Virus record (IMG/VR): IMGVR_UViG_2061766007_000491
DNA: 64,000 nucleotides
DNA from: an uncultured virus (IMG/VR IMGVR_UViG_2061766007_000491)
Lineage: Duplodnaviria > Heunggongvirae > Uroviricota > Caudoviricetes
Strand: one strand, 5' to 3'
The notes under the pieces are model-generated. The model was not told the DNA's origin. It did not search any database and worked only from the letters and a program-made list of their open reading frames with translations. This document shows positions 28,201 to 37,693 of this stretch, piece by piece (position 1 is the first letter of the stretch; each line of letters starts with the position of its first letter). The translations under genes were made by a program, and so were the position numbers.

Positions 28201-30918
28201 ATGAGTAAGATAGCAAGGTTGGCAAGCATTGTAGAGAGAGCCGAAAAACAGGCTCTTGTTTTGTTTATAAAGGAGAGTAAGCAGAATGATAATACGGCTG
28301 TAGCAATGCTCAAGAAGCGGGGAGTGCCTGAACCTGAGAAAGTGCTGGAATTGCTCAAAGAGATAACGGTGGATGGGACTGAGAACGGAAAAACGGTGTG
28401 GGATATAAGCAAGACGGGAAAGGAAATACAGCCGTTAGCGGGGTGGTTTTGTTCCACGTGGAACAATGATGACTTGGTACAGGCGAGGGAGAGGGTAGCG
28501 GATACAGTGCATAAGATGTATCGGATACCTAGCGCACGGAACGCTGATCTGACGAAGGTGTGGATGGCGAACAAGGAACTTACCGATTATGAGGAGTGGG
28601 TGAACAAGGCATACGAACAGGACAAAGCAAAGGGGCTAATAGCGGATGCTGAGGAGGGTGAAAAGGTGAATGTGGGAGCCTATGATTTTCCGAAAAAGAT
28701 GCTGGCTTATAGTGATAAGTATGTGGATTGCTATAGGGCAGATACCCCTGCGGATGCTATGTTGTTAGGAGACGGTTATCCATTCTGTATATCGAGGCGA
28801 GACGGTAGCAATATGTTCTATTCTTATAGGATGAATCCAACGACCACAGCGTACTTTTGTTGGTTTAAGGACAAGAATGGGAATAAGACTAAAAAGAATA
28901 TGGTAGTGGTTCATGTGGGAGAGGATGATCGTTATATGGTTACTAAGTCTGAGAATGGTAATTTTCCGAGGGACAGTAAGGCAACTACGATTGAAAAATA
29001 TCCAAAATTGAAAGGTGCAATCAATTCTGGGAAGTTGGTTGTAAAACCAGCAACAGATACGGAGAGTTCCATTAGAGATAAATATAATTTTAAGAGTAAG
29101 ATAACTATTGATGATGTAGAGGGTAAAACGCCTGAATATATTGAGTTGATCCTTGCACAAGGAGTACAGTTGAGTGATGAGGTTTTTGATTATATATTTG
29201 AGAATATAGATAATGGAAATCTACGCACAGGAAATAAGGGTAACTCATTGATAAAGAAGTATGTAGAGAGTGGAATACATAGGTTGACAAAGTATCAGAA
29301 AGATGTATTGATTAAGGCAGGGTATAAAAATGAGTTATGGAGGGCTTTAGAAGTTTATATAAGAAGTCATCTTGCAGTAGGAGAACCCTTAAAGGTAACT
29401 GATTTGAAAAATGTTATAGCACATATAGATAAGTTCGACATAGCTAATAAAGATTCTCTTTTTAGGGATTATGTAACTAAAAAAATATACTTAACAGCAG
29501 AACAAGAGTCTTGTTTGGATAAATTATGTAAATCTAATCCTAAATTAAAGAAAGATTATGAAGATTTGTTAAAAGGATTTCTTATTCCTAAAAGGATTGA
29601 AAATTTGTTTAGGTGGGTAAAAGTAAAAGTTGTTCCAGTTGAAGGTGGTTATGATGTTATTAGTGATTCAACTACAATTTCAATGGATGCTGATGCTAAA
29701 GATTTTGATAATATAATAATTACAATTAAGAAAATACGAAGTGTTAAAGAAATAATTATATCTAATTATAGTAGGGAGAAGATAGATAGAATTAAGTACT
29801 TCCCAAGCATCCCTTCTGATGTTTGGTTATACTTACAGAACAGTTCTATAAATGTATTGCGTTATATTAAGTCTCGTATAGAGAATTTGAATATAGAGGG
29901 TGCATTAGTAGGGGGGGATATAGATGCTATGCAGAATGTGGAGTGTAAAAGGATTAGTGTGAATAGTGATTTAACACCTGGAACTAAGTTACCTAGAATA
30001 GTAGAGGATATATATGTTCACTATAATGTAACTAATAAGTGCTTAGATATTAGTACGTTACCTAGAAAAGTAGAGAATGTTTGTATTTTGAATAGGGGTA
30101 GTTTGTTACATTCAGATTTACAAGGAATACCTGATGAGATAGATGATTTAACAGTGTTTTATAGGGACGATATAAAGTATTTTCCGAAGAGAGTTGGTAC
30201 TTGGCATATAAATTCTGCTTATGGTGAAGGAGAAGTACCACAATGTGTTAAGGATAGTGCTATAAATAAATTAGAGGTGAGTAATGATGTTTTTAGAGGT
30301 ATTCCAGGTAGTAGTTTTGTGACTTGGTTTAGCGAGCGAGTTGGGAAGTTACCTATAGAATCTTTTGTAGAATCCTTTGATTATACGAAGGTTATCTATT
30401 CTAAGAGTGATAAAGGTATAGAGCTACAGGCAATTCACAGAGGTTCAATATATTTTCCGTATATACCTTCAAAAGAATCTCTATCTCGTTTGGTATGTGA
30501 TGGTGATATAAGAATAGCGGGGATATTCAATCTTTCAGATTTACCTAGAGAGATAGTATCTTCCTCTAATACTAATGTTGATAGAATGTTGTATATAGAA
30601 AAGACTTGGTTAGAAACTTTAAGTCTGAATCATCCAGTAGAAGGTGTGAGTGTTCTAATGATACAGAATGTTCATAACTTAAAGCATATAAAGGGGTTAG
30701 AAAATTTTAGGGGATTAAAAAAGATATATGTAACTGACTCGTCTTATTACTCTGATAGGAGGGAATCTCATTTTAGATCAATTAGCGATGATCTATTAGC
30801 AAGTACACCTAAGAATGTTTACATAGATGTAAATAATGATGTAATACAATATGGTGACAATAATGAATCCCTCTCCCTGAGTCCGTTGAGTGTAGCATTG
30901 AACAGTATTATAGATTAG
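28201..30918 (+). CDS. Modular paralogue family member 1 (leader + conserved core + LRR-like variable region + ESL tail)
   Basis: Core YRADT..A...G.GY.FCIS....NMFYSYR...T.YF.WFKD...VVHV...YMVT; L..LP repeats; ends NNESLSLSPLSVALNSIID. Confidence 0.85.
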   Translation: MSKIARLASIVERAEKQALVLFIKESKQNDNTAVAMLKKRGVPEPEKVLELLKEITVDGTENGKTVWDISKTGKEIQPLAGWFCSTWNNDDLVQARERVADTVHKMYRIPSARNADLTKVWMANKELTDYEEWVNKAYEQDKAKGLIADAEEGEKVNVGAYDFPKKMLAYSDKYVDCYRADTPADAMLLGDGYPFCISRRDGSNMFYSYRMNPTTTAYFCWFKDKNGNKTKKNMVVVHVGEDDRYMVTKSENGNFPRDSKATTIEKYPKLKGAINSGKLVVKPATDTESSIRDKYNFKSKITIDDVEGKTPEYIELILAQGVQLSDEVFDYIFENIDNGNLRTGNKGNSLIKKYVESGIHRLTKYQKDVLIKAGYKNELWRALEVYIRSHLAVGEPLKVTDLKNVIAHIDKFDIANKDSLFRDYVTKKIYLTAEQESCLDKLCKSNPKLKKDYEDLLKGFLIPKRIENLFRWVKVKVVPVEGGYDVISDSTTISMDADAKDFDNIIITIKKIRSVKEIIISNYSREKIDRIKYFPSIPSDVWLYLQNSSINVLRYIKSRIENLNIEGALVGGDIDAMQNVECKRISVNSDLTPGTKLPRIVEDIYVHYNVTNKCLDISTLPRKVENVCILNRGSLLHSDLQGIPDEIDDLTVFYRDDIKYFPKRVGTWHINSAYGEGEVPQCVKDSAINKLEVSNDVFRGIPGSSFVTWFSERVGKLPIESFVESFDYTKVIYSKSDKGIELQAIHRGSIYFPYIPSKESLSRLVCDGDIRIAGIFNLSDLPREIVSSSNTNVDRMLYIEKTWLETLSLNHPVEGVSVLMIQNVHNLKHIKGLENFRGLKKIYVTDSSYYSDRRESHFRSISDDLLASTPKNVYIDVNNDVIQYGDNNESLSLSPLSVALNSIID

Positions 30919-30921
30919 ATT

Positions 30922-31413
30922 ATGAGTATCAAGAGTTTACGAAAGATGTGCGAAGAAGCGGAACCGATGACTTTGGATGTAGTGAATGTGTCTAAGGGTG
31001 TGTCCGCTGAAATGTTGTCTGTGGATGAGGCGAACAAGCTGCGGGATGCTGCGAAGGGCATGGGTGTGAATCCCGATCAGAACAGACTTTTATACATAGT
31101 TGTTAGTGGCGAGCAAGTGGCAGGTGGGTTATATGCGTTTGTAGATGAAGAGGTAGTGCGTATGAGTCCTGTAGTGGTGAAGGAATTTACAGGCAAGGGC
31201 GTGGGTGAAATGTTGTGTAAATTAGCTAGAACAGAGTTTCGTGATAACTATGACGACCAGAAGAAGATACTGGAATTAGTAGTGGGTAAGTCACTGACAC
31301 CTACACTGAAAAAAGACGGATTTATCTTGAAAGATAATGTGGAACACGATACAGTGACGGCGAGGCTATTGCCGACTGGCGATAGAGTACAAGAGATATT
31401 AGAGGATGAATGA
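30922..31413 (+). CDS. GNAT-family acetyltransferase
   Basis: VV..EFTGKGVGEML matches acetyl-CoA motif A; leader MSIKSLRKMCEE. Confidence 0.65.
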   Translation: MSIKSLRKMCEEAEPMTLDVVNVSKGVSAEMLSVDEANKLRDAAKGMGVNPDQNRLLYIVVSGEQVAGGLYAFVDEEVVRMSPVVVKEFTGKGVGEMLCKLARTEFRDNYDDQKKILELVVGKSLTPTLKKDGFILKDNVEHDTVTARLLPTGDRVQEILEDE

Positions 31414-31504
31414 TGTTTTAACAGTGTTGGTGTATTTCTTTCTGCCCTTTGTGTTGGTAGGAGGAGCTTTAGCGTTTGTGTGGATAATGACTAAGATGAA
31501 TTAG
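31406..31504 (+). CDS. 32-aa single-TM peptide (not in ORF track)
   Basis: Manual translation MNDVLTVLVYFFLPFVLVGGALAFVWIMTKMN; exactly fills the gap between genes. Confidence 0.55.
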   Translation: MNDVLTVLVYFFLPFVLVGGALAFVWIMTKMN

Positions 31505-31505
31505 T

Positions 31506-32042
31506 ATGAATAAAGTGGATAGTGTGAGAGACTTGTGGAACACGGTCAAGACGGATTACGTCTGGGACGTGATTATCAATAACGATGCGCCGATGGAAGC
31601 GTATTTGGCGAGCAGGTTAGGTGAGCGGAAGAAAAGCGATATGGTGTTTGCGGATTTTCCAGCGTATATCAATAGTTGTGTGAGGATGCTGAGTAAACCG
31701 CCTGTGATGGATTATGTGGAGTGGTTACTGGATAAAGCGTATGACGATAGTGTGCCAGACGAGTTTCCAGAGCCGATGAAGCGGTTTGCGAAGGAATTAG
31801 TAGCTGACAAGTTACATGGGCATACGGTCAAGAACCCAGACTATTATGCGTTTCCTGACATGGAACCGTGCCAGTTTGCAAGGTGTGTCTTGATGGTGAT
31901 GAATCAGACATTTGTATTTCAGATTGATCGTATATTGGTGAATTTATGTGTACCAGTTGTTTTATCGGGTACGCTGAATAGTGTTTATCCAGCATTCTAT
32001 CAGACCTTAGTGGATGAACAGATTGAGGTATATTCACTGTAA
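31506..32042 (+). CDS. Hypothetical protein
   Basis: Intact ORF. Confidence 0.65.
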   Translation: MNKVDSVRDLWNTVKTDYVWDVIINNDAPMEAYLASRLGERKKSDMVFADFPAYINSCVRMLSKPPVMDYVEWLLDKAYDDSVPDEFPEPMKRFAKELVADKLHGHTVKNPDYYAFPDMEPCQFARCVLMVMNQTFVFQIDRILVNLCVPVVLSGTLNSVYPAFYQTLVDEQIEVYSL

Positions 32043-32051
32043 TGCCTCATA

Positions 32052-32084
32052 AACGCACACATTTGACTTATAAGACGTTTTTAT
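32052..32084 (+). repeat. 33-bp intergenic repeat, copy 1 (copy 2 at 54851..54883)
   Basis: AACG(C/T)ACA(C/T)ATTTGACTTATAAGACGTTTTTAT, two mismatches between copies. Confidence 0.8.
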
Positions 32085-32085
32085 T

Positions 32086-32571
32086 ATGAGAGAGTATCTT
32101 TGCATATCCTATCACGGTAGAATGGAAGGTGAGCCGAATGAGAGCGATCTATTGGGCTATGAGAGGATGTTTGCCAAAGAGATACCCTGCTGGGTTCGGG
32201 CATGGTTTTTGATGGGTCAATGGTATTTGGGTCAGACGATAAACACTTATGAGGTGAGTCCGCAGTGGCTAAGGACATTCAAGCGGTTGTTATGGATAAA
32301 CTGTAATTCATTAGAAGGCGAGGAGAGACTGCTGGACATAGACGCTGATTTTAGACTGATACACTGGAATGAGAATAGTTTAATGCACAGCGTGAGTGCG
32401 TATGACGTGAATAGGACGAACAAGGGTGATATTGTGGTTGGATGCAAGGTAGAGGAACCCACAGAGGACTGCATTGTGTTTCGGCCTGAGTACGGCACGA
32501 TAAAGGACTTAGGCAGTGTGAGGGGTATTATCACGTCACAAGTAAAGCTGGGATTGACACTAAGGATGTAG
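32086..32571 (+). CDS. Hypothetical protein
   Basis: Intact ORF. Confidence 0.6.
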   Translation: MREYLCISYHGRMEGEPNESDLLGYERMFAKEIPCWVRAWFLMGQWYLGQTINTYEVSPQWLRTFKRLLWINCNSLEGEERLLDIDADFRLIHWNENSLMHSVSAYDVNRTNKGDIVVGCKVEEPTEDCIVFRPEYGTIKDLGSVRGIITSQVKLGLTLRM

Positions 32572-32572
32572 C

Positions 32573-33247
32573 ATGAACACGTTTTTCGAGAAGTTTGGTT
32601 TAGCTTTTGTGGTCAGTTTACCCTCTTGTACTGAGAGACGTGAGCGAACCATACACGAATTTACGAAGTGGAACATCCCTTTTATGTTCGTGGATGCGAT
32701 AGACAGAGCGGATATAACGATACCAGAGGACTTTAACACACAGTGGTTGAGCAAGACTGACCCGAAAGCGGTAGGATATTATGCCTGTTATTTATCACAT
32801 ATCAAGGCGATCAAGTACGCACTGAGCCTGGGGTTTAGTAGGTTTAGTATCTTTGAGGATGATATTGAGTTTCCAAGCACGTTTGACTGGATGCTGGACA
32901 AGTATAAGAAGGAAATACCCGATGGATGGTATATGCTGAATTGGAGCGCACACCATTTAGAGGGGCATGAGCAAGTGTCTGATAATGTGTATCGGATAAA
33001 GGGCATGATCGGTGCGTTTGCGTATGCCTTGACGAATGTGGGTGCTATTGAGTTGCTGAATACGGTGACGGTACAGTATAAGACGTTTTACGATATAGGC
33101 ATGGTGTATTTTAATAACTACTATGGGGCGAGCTATACGTTCAGGGACAGGTTTGTACTGCATAGAGAGGGGAACAGTGTGATAACGGGTCAATGGGTAG
33201 ATGAAGGACATTTACCGAGGGTGCGGAATGGACAAGCTGTTTTATGA
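32573..33247 (+). CDS. Glycosyltransferase family 25
   Basis: VVSL....ERR, F.DAID, ACYLSH, IFEDD, GAFAYALT..GA. Confidence 0.85.
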   Translation: MNTFFEKFGLAFVVSLPSCTERRERTIHEFTKWNIPFMFVDAIDRADITIPEDFNTQWLSKTDPKAVGYYACYLSHIKAIKYALSLGFSRFSIFEDDIEFPSTFDWMLDKYKKEIPDGWYMLNWSAHHLEGHEQVSDNVYRIKGMIGAFAYALTNVGAIELLNTVTVQYKTFYDIGMVYFNNYYGASYTFRDRFVLHREGNSVITGQWVDEGHLPRVRNGQAVL

Positions 33248-33860
33248 CCTTTATGGTATAGGGTATATGGTCAATCTGGAACGGGCAGTAGAGAGACGGA
33301 AACGAACCAGCCTGAACCTGAATGAGCAGAACATCCCCTTTTTATGTGTGAGTGCTGTAGAGGGAAGCACTGTTACCGTACCAGAGGGGTTTAGAGGGTC
33401 GAGCGAGGACATAGAGCATCCTACAGTGAGGAACGAATACGCTTGCACACTGAGCCATATCAAGGCGATAAAAGAGGGGTTACGGAGTGGAGCTAAAAGG
33501 TTCTGTGTGTTTGAGGATGACATAGGGTTTAACGAACACTTTGCAATGAATCTGGCACGGTGTTACATGGAGATACCGAGCGACTGGCGCATAGTGAGCT
33601 TTGGGGCGACTGTGCAGGGTGATACGGAGCCTGTATCAGCGAATGTAATACGGTTAGGGAATATATGGGGTGCTTGGGCTTATGCACTGACTCGAAAAGG
33701 GGCATGGGCTTTCTATCAGACCTTAGTGCGTACTAAGACAACAGTGGACGGTGCAATGAGTATGTTCAATAATTATTACAGAAGGACATACGGATTTACC
33801 ATGCCGATGATTGAACATATCAACGGTTATTCTTACATTTTGAACGACACAAGAGAATAA
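33228..33860 (+). CDS. Glycosyltransferase family 25 (tandem paralogue)
   Basis: VNLERA.ERR, SAVEG, ACTLSH, VFEDD, GAWAYALT..GA. Confidence 0.85.
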   Translation: MDKLFYDLYGIGYMVNLERAVERRKRTSLNLNEQNIPFLCVSAVEGSTVTVPEGFRGSSEDIEHPTVRNEYACTLSHIKAIKEGLRSGAKRFCVFEDDIGFNEHFAMNLARCYMEIPSDWRIVSFGATVQGDTEPVSANVIRLGNIWGAWAYALTRKGAWAFYQTLVRTKTTVDGAMSMFNNYYRRTYGFTMPMIEHINGYSYILNDTRE

Positions 33861-33862
33861 AT

Positions 33863-35101
33863 ATGCAAATAAAACATACAATAGCCCAACTAAAACTTGA
33901 GTGTGAGAAGAGGGGCATAGCTCTGCTGGACGGGTACAAGTACCAGCGGAAGGATTATGTGGAGTTATTGCGGAAGGATGTAGCCAAGCATCCAGAGCAA
34001 TGGCTGAACGATCATGCACTGACACCTGGGCATGATATGAGTGAGGGAATGGAGTATATGCTGAGGCTGGAATCTCCGATGCTGTGTTACACCTGGGGTA
34101 AGCTGAAACAGGAGGAACAGGAATCCTGTATGTACGGTGACAGGTGGATGGCACAGTGGAAAATCAACGGTGTGCGGTGTATCGTGACCTATTTCCCTGA
34201 CGAGGGGATTAGGGTGTTTACACGGGCGATAGGCACTGACTATTATCCAGTGGAGTTGACTAAGAAACTTAAAGTGGATGGTGTACCCGCCCAAGACTGG
34301 CGAGACCATATACAGGACTTTGTTCTGGACTGTGAACTTGTGCTTGAGGGTGATGTGGACTTGACAGAGTATATCGCAGAGGTGGATAGAGTGGCGAATA
34401 TGAATGTACTGGTGAACCCGACTTCTATCGTGGTGCATTGTGACCGTGATAAGGTGCTGGCGTGTAAGGGTACATTCAAGCTGGTGGTTCTGGATGTACT
34501 GCGCTGGGGTGGTGACGTGGATGTGATGATTCTGCCGTTATGGGAACGCTATGGTATTCTGAGCAAGCTCATGCGTAACTTAGAAGGTGATACGTTCCAG
34601 CTAGTAGCGGATAATGTGCGCTATGAAATGAATAAGGAAGAGTTTTACGAAAAGGTGATTGAGCAGGGCGGTGAAGGTGTAGTGTATAAAAACATAGATA
34701 TGCCTTACTGTGCGAGCGAGTCACGGAGGCGTGATTATTGTGTAAAACGTAAACCTGACACAAAGGGGGTGGAGGTGGATGCCTATGTAAGTGGTGTAAT
34801 ACGGGATAAAGAGAATCGGATTGTGACCCTGACTTTATCCGTATGTGACCCTTATGGGGATAGAGTGGTTGGCTATATCAATTACTTTACCGAGGAAGAG
34901 AGAGCCAAGCTGTTTAGAACCGAAGGCGGTGTGGAAGAGCTACAGGAGGGTATCATGGGCAAGGTAGTACGGTTCACGGGTAGCGATTTTGACCCGAAGC
35001 AGGGTGTTTATAGAAAAATCACCTTGGACTGGAATACGGACATGAGAGACGATAAAACTCCTATGAACTGTGATGGGTCAGAGTTAGATGATCTGTTTTA
35101 G
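33863..35101 (+). CDS. ATP-dependent DNA ligase
   Basis: Motif I QWKINGVR, LDCEL, LDVL, EGVVYK, VKRK, C-terminal OB-like region ending R.DK. Confidence 0.85.
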   Translation: MQIKHTIAQLKLECEKRGIALLDGYKYQRKDYVELLRKDVAKHPEQWLNDHALTPGHDMSEGMEYMLRLESPMLCYTWGKLKQEEQESCMYGDRWMAQWKINGVRCIVTYFPDEGIRVFTRAIGTDYYPVELTKKLKVDGVPAQDWRDHIQDFVLDCELVLEGDVDLTEYIAEVDRVANMNVLVNPTSIVVHCDRDKVLACKGTFKLVVLDVLRWGGDVDVMILPLWERYGILSKLMRNLEGDTFQLVADNVRYEMNKEEFYEKVIEQGGEGVVYKNIDMPYCASESRRRDYCVKRKPDTKGVEVDAYVSGVIRDKENRIVTLTLSVCDPYGDRVVGYINYFTEEERAKLFRTEGGVEELQEGIMGKVVRFTGSDFDPKQGVYRKITLDWNTDMRDDKTPMNCDGSELDDLF

Positions 35102-35149
35102 AGTGCTTATGTCTATATTACAGAGACGATATATCGGAGATAAGTATTT

Positions 35150-35428
35150 ATGAAACGTGACTATAGTAAATTGAAAACTGCTCTGAAAATGATTGGTGAG
35201 TCTTATTGGGACACTACTGAGCAACCCTGGACAAGCGATAAGGTTTGTCCGAACTGCAAAGCACAAGTGCAGTTGAAACAAGAGGATGTTGGCACGGATG
35301 GCAAGAGTAAAATCCAGTGTGCCTCTTGTGGGTTTGAAGGCTGGGGCAAGTTCGTGAACGGCGAACAATGGATTGCATGGAAAATGAATCCTGGTGATGC
35401 CTACAGTAAACCGTATATTGGTAAGTAA
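35150..35428 (+). CDS. Small Zn-ribbon protein with Glu-ending leader
   Basis: CPNC...CASC; N-terminus ..LKTALKMIGE-S. Confidence 0.7.
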   Translation: MKRDYSKLKTALKMIGESYWDTTEQPWTSDKVCPNCKAQVQLKQEDVGTDGKSKIQCASCGFEGWGKFVNGEQWIAWKMNPGDAYSKPYIGK

Positions 35429-35436
35429 GAGTGTGT

Positions 35437-35465
35437 GAGGCTGGTGTTGAACTAGCCTCTTTTTT
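35437..35465 (+). terminator. Rho-independent terminator
   Basis: GAGGCTGGT-GTTGA-ACTAGCCTC-TTTTTT. Confidence 0.8.
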
Positions 35466-35470
35466 GCTTT

Positions 35471-36085
35471 ATGAGTAGATTTGATAAACTGCAACGGATG
35501 TGTGAGGAGTTTGGAGAGTACCAGTTTGACACGACTGGCACGATGAAAAACGAGGATGGTATTCAGGACGCTATTGATACTATTGAGACCATACTGGATA
35601 ATCCCACTGTAACAGTGGAGCCTAGCGTGGAGGATAAAATGGTGTTGACTGCACCTAACTTGGAAGAGCCTATCGTGAATGACGAGACCACACAGATTGA
35701 CTTGCAGAATAAGCCTGAGTGTCCCAGCGGTGATGCGATGGCGTTTGCGTTACAGTTGACAGCGCAGTTAAAGCTCTGGCACTGGCAAGCGAAGGAACAC
35801 ACTGTGCATGAGATTTTGGGTAAGATGTACGATGAACTGGACGAGGAACTGGATAAGTTTGTGGAGTTGGTCGTGGGTGCTTATGGTATCTGTGCGGAGG
35901 ACTACATTGTGAGCGAGTTAGAGCCGTACCAGACTAAGGCACAGATCATTGATGTGGTTGAGGGCTGGATTGGTTCATTGAAAGACCCTTCCAGTGTGTT
36001 TGCGGACAACACGGACATAGCGAGCGTGAGGGATAACGTGATTGCTTCACTGAGGCGTGGAGTGTATCTGCTGGATATGGAATAA
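35471..36085 (+). CDS. Dps/ferritin-like protein (DUF5856-like)
   Basis: LWHWQ....H..LG..YD.LDE.LDKFVE; C-terminal RD.......YLL. Confidence 0.75.
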   Translation: MSRFDKLQRMCEEFGEYQFDTTGTMKNEDGIQDAIDTIETILDNPTVTVEPSVEDKMVLTAPNLEEPIVNDETTQIDLQNKPECPSGDAMAFALQLTAQLKLWHWQAKEHTVHEILGKMYDELDEELDKFVELVVGAYGICAEDYIVSELEPYQTKAQIIDVVEGWIGSLKDPSSVFADNTDIASVRDNVIASLRRGVYLLDME

Positions 36086-36516
36086 TGGCAGCGAAGGGTG
36101 ACAGCATAGGCAGTAGGCTAGTAAAAGGGGGCAGTGAATCCTTTGAAAGCTGGTGTGATCGGATTAAGAGGGCGCATATATCGGTATTAGGTCGGATATT
36201 ACCGAGTTATCAGATAATCGAGAGTGTGCCGAAGTGGAGAAGGGAGTTACAGACCTTTGTTTATGGGAGCAATCTGGGTTTAGGTGTGCTGAGTACGTTA
36301 TGCACGGGTGAATCGTTCATGTATTTTATCGAGAAAACGAGGACACCTATGGGGTTCCAGACGTGTTCAAGCTGGCAGAGGCGGTATAGTATGAGTTTAG
36401 CGATAAGAGAGGCTTATAGACTGACGATGCTGGCACTAAAGAGGGGTATATTTAGGCGGTGTTATAAGGCACAGTATATTAAAAGGCTGGGTCAGGTAAG
36501 AAGGATGGCAGAATGA
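36085..36516 (+). CDS. Hypothetical basic protein, paralogous to C-terminal half of 37694..38428
   Basis: Shared QT.VYGS.LG.GVLST..TGESFMYF.E..R.PMG..TCSSW. Confidence 0.7.
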   Translation: MAAKGDSIGSRLVKGGSESFESWCDRIKRAHISVLGRILPSYQIIESVPKWRRELQTFVYGSNLGLGVLSTLCTGESFMYFIEKTRTPMGFQTCSSWQRRYSMSLAIREAYRLTMLALKRGIFRRCYKAQYIKRLGQVRRMAE

Positions 36517-37691
36517 TGCTAAAGAAGTTGACAGAGGCATTACAGATGGTTGAAGCTGGTTATGACGGCTATAGCATGAGCAATAATGCTAGGGCTGCTT
36601 ATGATGCAGGGATGATGCCTTTGAGTAAGTGGACAAAGAGCGACATTCTGGATGGTATTAGAGAGGAGTATAACATACCCGAAGAGGTTTACGCTGTGAT
36701 CGCCAAGTTACCTCTGGGGTATTTGCGTGATAAGTTCTTGGAAACGAGGGAGTGGCATCACACTAGCAGTATGTATAACGCAACAGATTTTTACCAGATT
36801 GACTCGGACTTTCTGGATACGGACAATACTGCGGAGGGGATGATTGACTTTCTGAAACAGGACTATGCTGAGTGGAAAGCGGACTACGATAAGGAAAAGG
36901 CAAAGAAAAAAGCGGTGAAGGACAGCAAGGGTGACTTCTGCTATTTTAAGTATCTGGTATGGGGTGGTTCGAGAGCGCATCCCAGAGCGTATGAGGAGGA
37001 GAGTTATGGTTATGTAAAGGGTGATTGGATTTACTTTGCAGACGAGAACGGTAACTTAACAGGGAGAAAGAAGGGGTTATACTCGAATGGTACAGAGGTT
37101 ATTAAGTACCTAGAGCCTGGGGAAAAGATGCCTGTTAAAGAGGAACCTAAGAAAAAAGAAAAGGTAAGTAAACCTAGTGGGAGTGTGAAACCTCGTATAA
37201 GTGTATTTGATGCAGGGGATTCAAGAGGTTCTGAGCGATGGTATGAGTTTGTCACTAAGAATAAGGGTAGGTTCTCTGATTACGATGTTATTGTGGAGTT
37301 AGTAGATAAAGGTGATTTTTATGTGTTAGATAGTAAAGATCATAGTCCATCTTATTGTGTACCTATTTACGGTGTATGGTCTAAGCCTATTAGAGAGGTG
37401 ACTTGTTCCGCTCAAGTAATTCCACTAAGGGATGATAAAGCAGAGTTAAGTACCTGCCCAGAACGCATATTAGGTAGTCTTAATATAAATGGTTTTGAAG
37501 GTGCAGAATTAGGTTTAGAGAATGTAGTTGTAGATATGAATGTAAACTTGACCTACTGCAAGAAACTAAGGACACTTAAAGGGTTGCCACAGGTTAAAGG
37601 AGAGGTGAGGGTGTTGGGTTGTTATGCGTTGAGTCCAGAGGCTATTAAAGAGGCTGAGGATAGAGGTTATACAGTTATAGTAAAAGATTGA
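36513..37691 (+). CDS. Hypothetical protein with leader, conserved phage-type N-domain and LRR-like C-terminus
   Basis: MSNNA..AY..G..PLSKW, EWHHTS..YN.TDFY; C-terminal CKKLRTLKGLP. Confidence 0.7.
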   Translation: MMLKKLTEALQMVEAGYDGYSMSNNARAAYDAGMMPLSKWTKSDILDGIREEYNIPEEVYAVIAKLPLGYLRDKFLETREWHHTSSMYNATDFYQIDSDFLDTDNTAEGMIDFLKQDYAEWKADYDKEKAKKKAVKDSKGDFCYFKYLVWGGSRAHPRAYEEESYGYVKGDWIYFADENGNLTGRKKGLYSNGTEVIKYLEPGEKMPVKEEPKKKEKVSKPSGSVKPRISVFDAGDSRGSERWYEFVTKNKGRFSDYDVIVELVDKGDFYVLDSKDHSPSYCVPIYGVWSKPIREVTCSAQVIPLRDDKAELSTCPERILGSLNINGFEGAELGLENVVVDMNVNLTYCKKLRTLKGLPQVKGEVRVLGCYALSPEAIKEAEDRGYTVIVKD

Positions 37692-37693
37692 TT

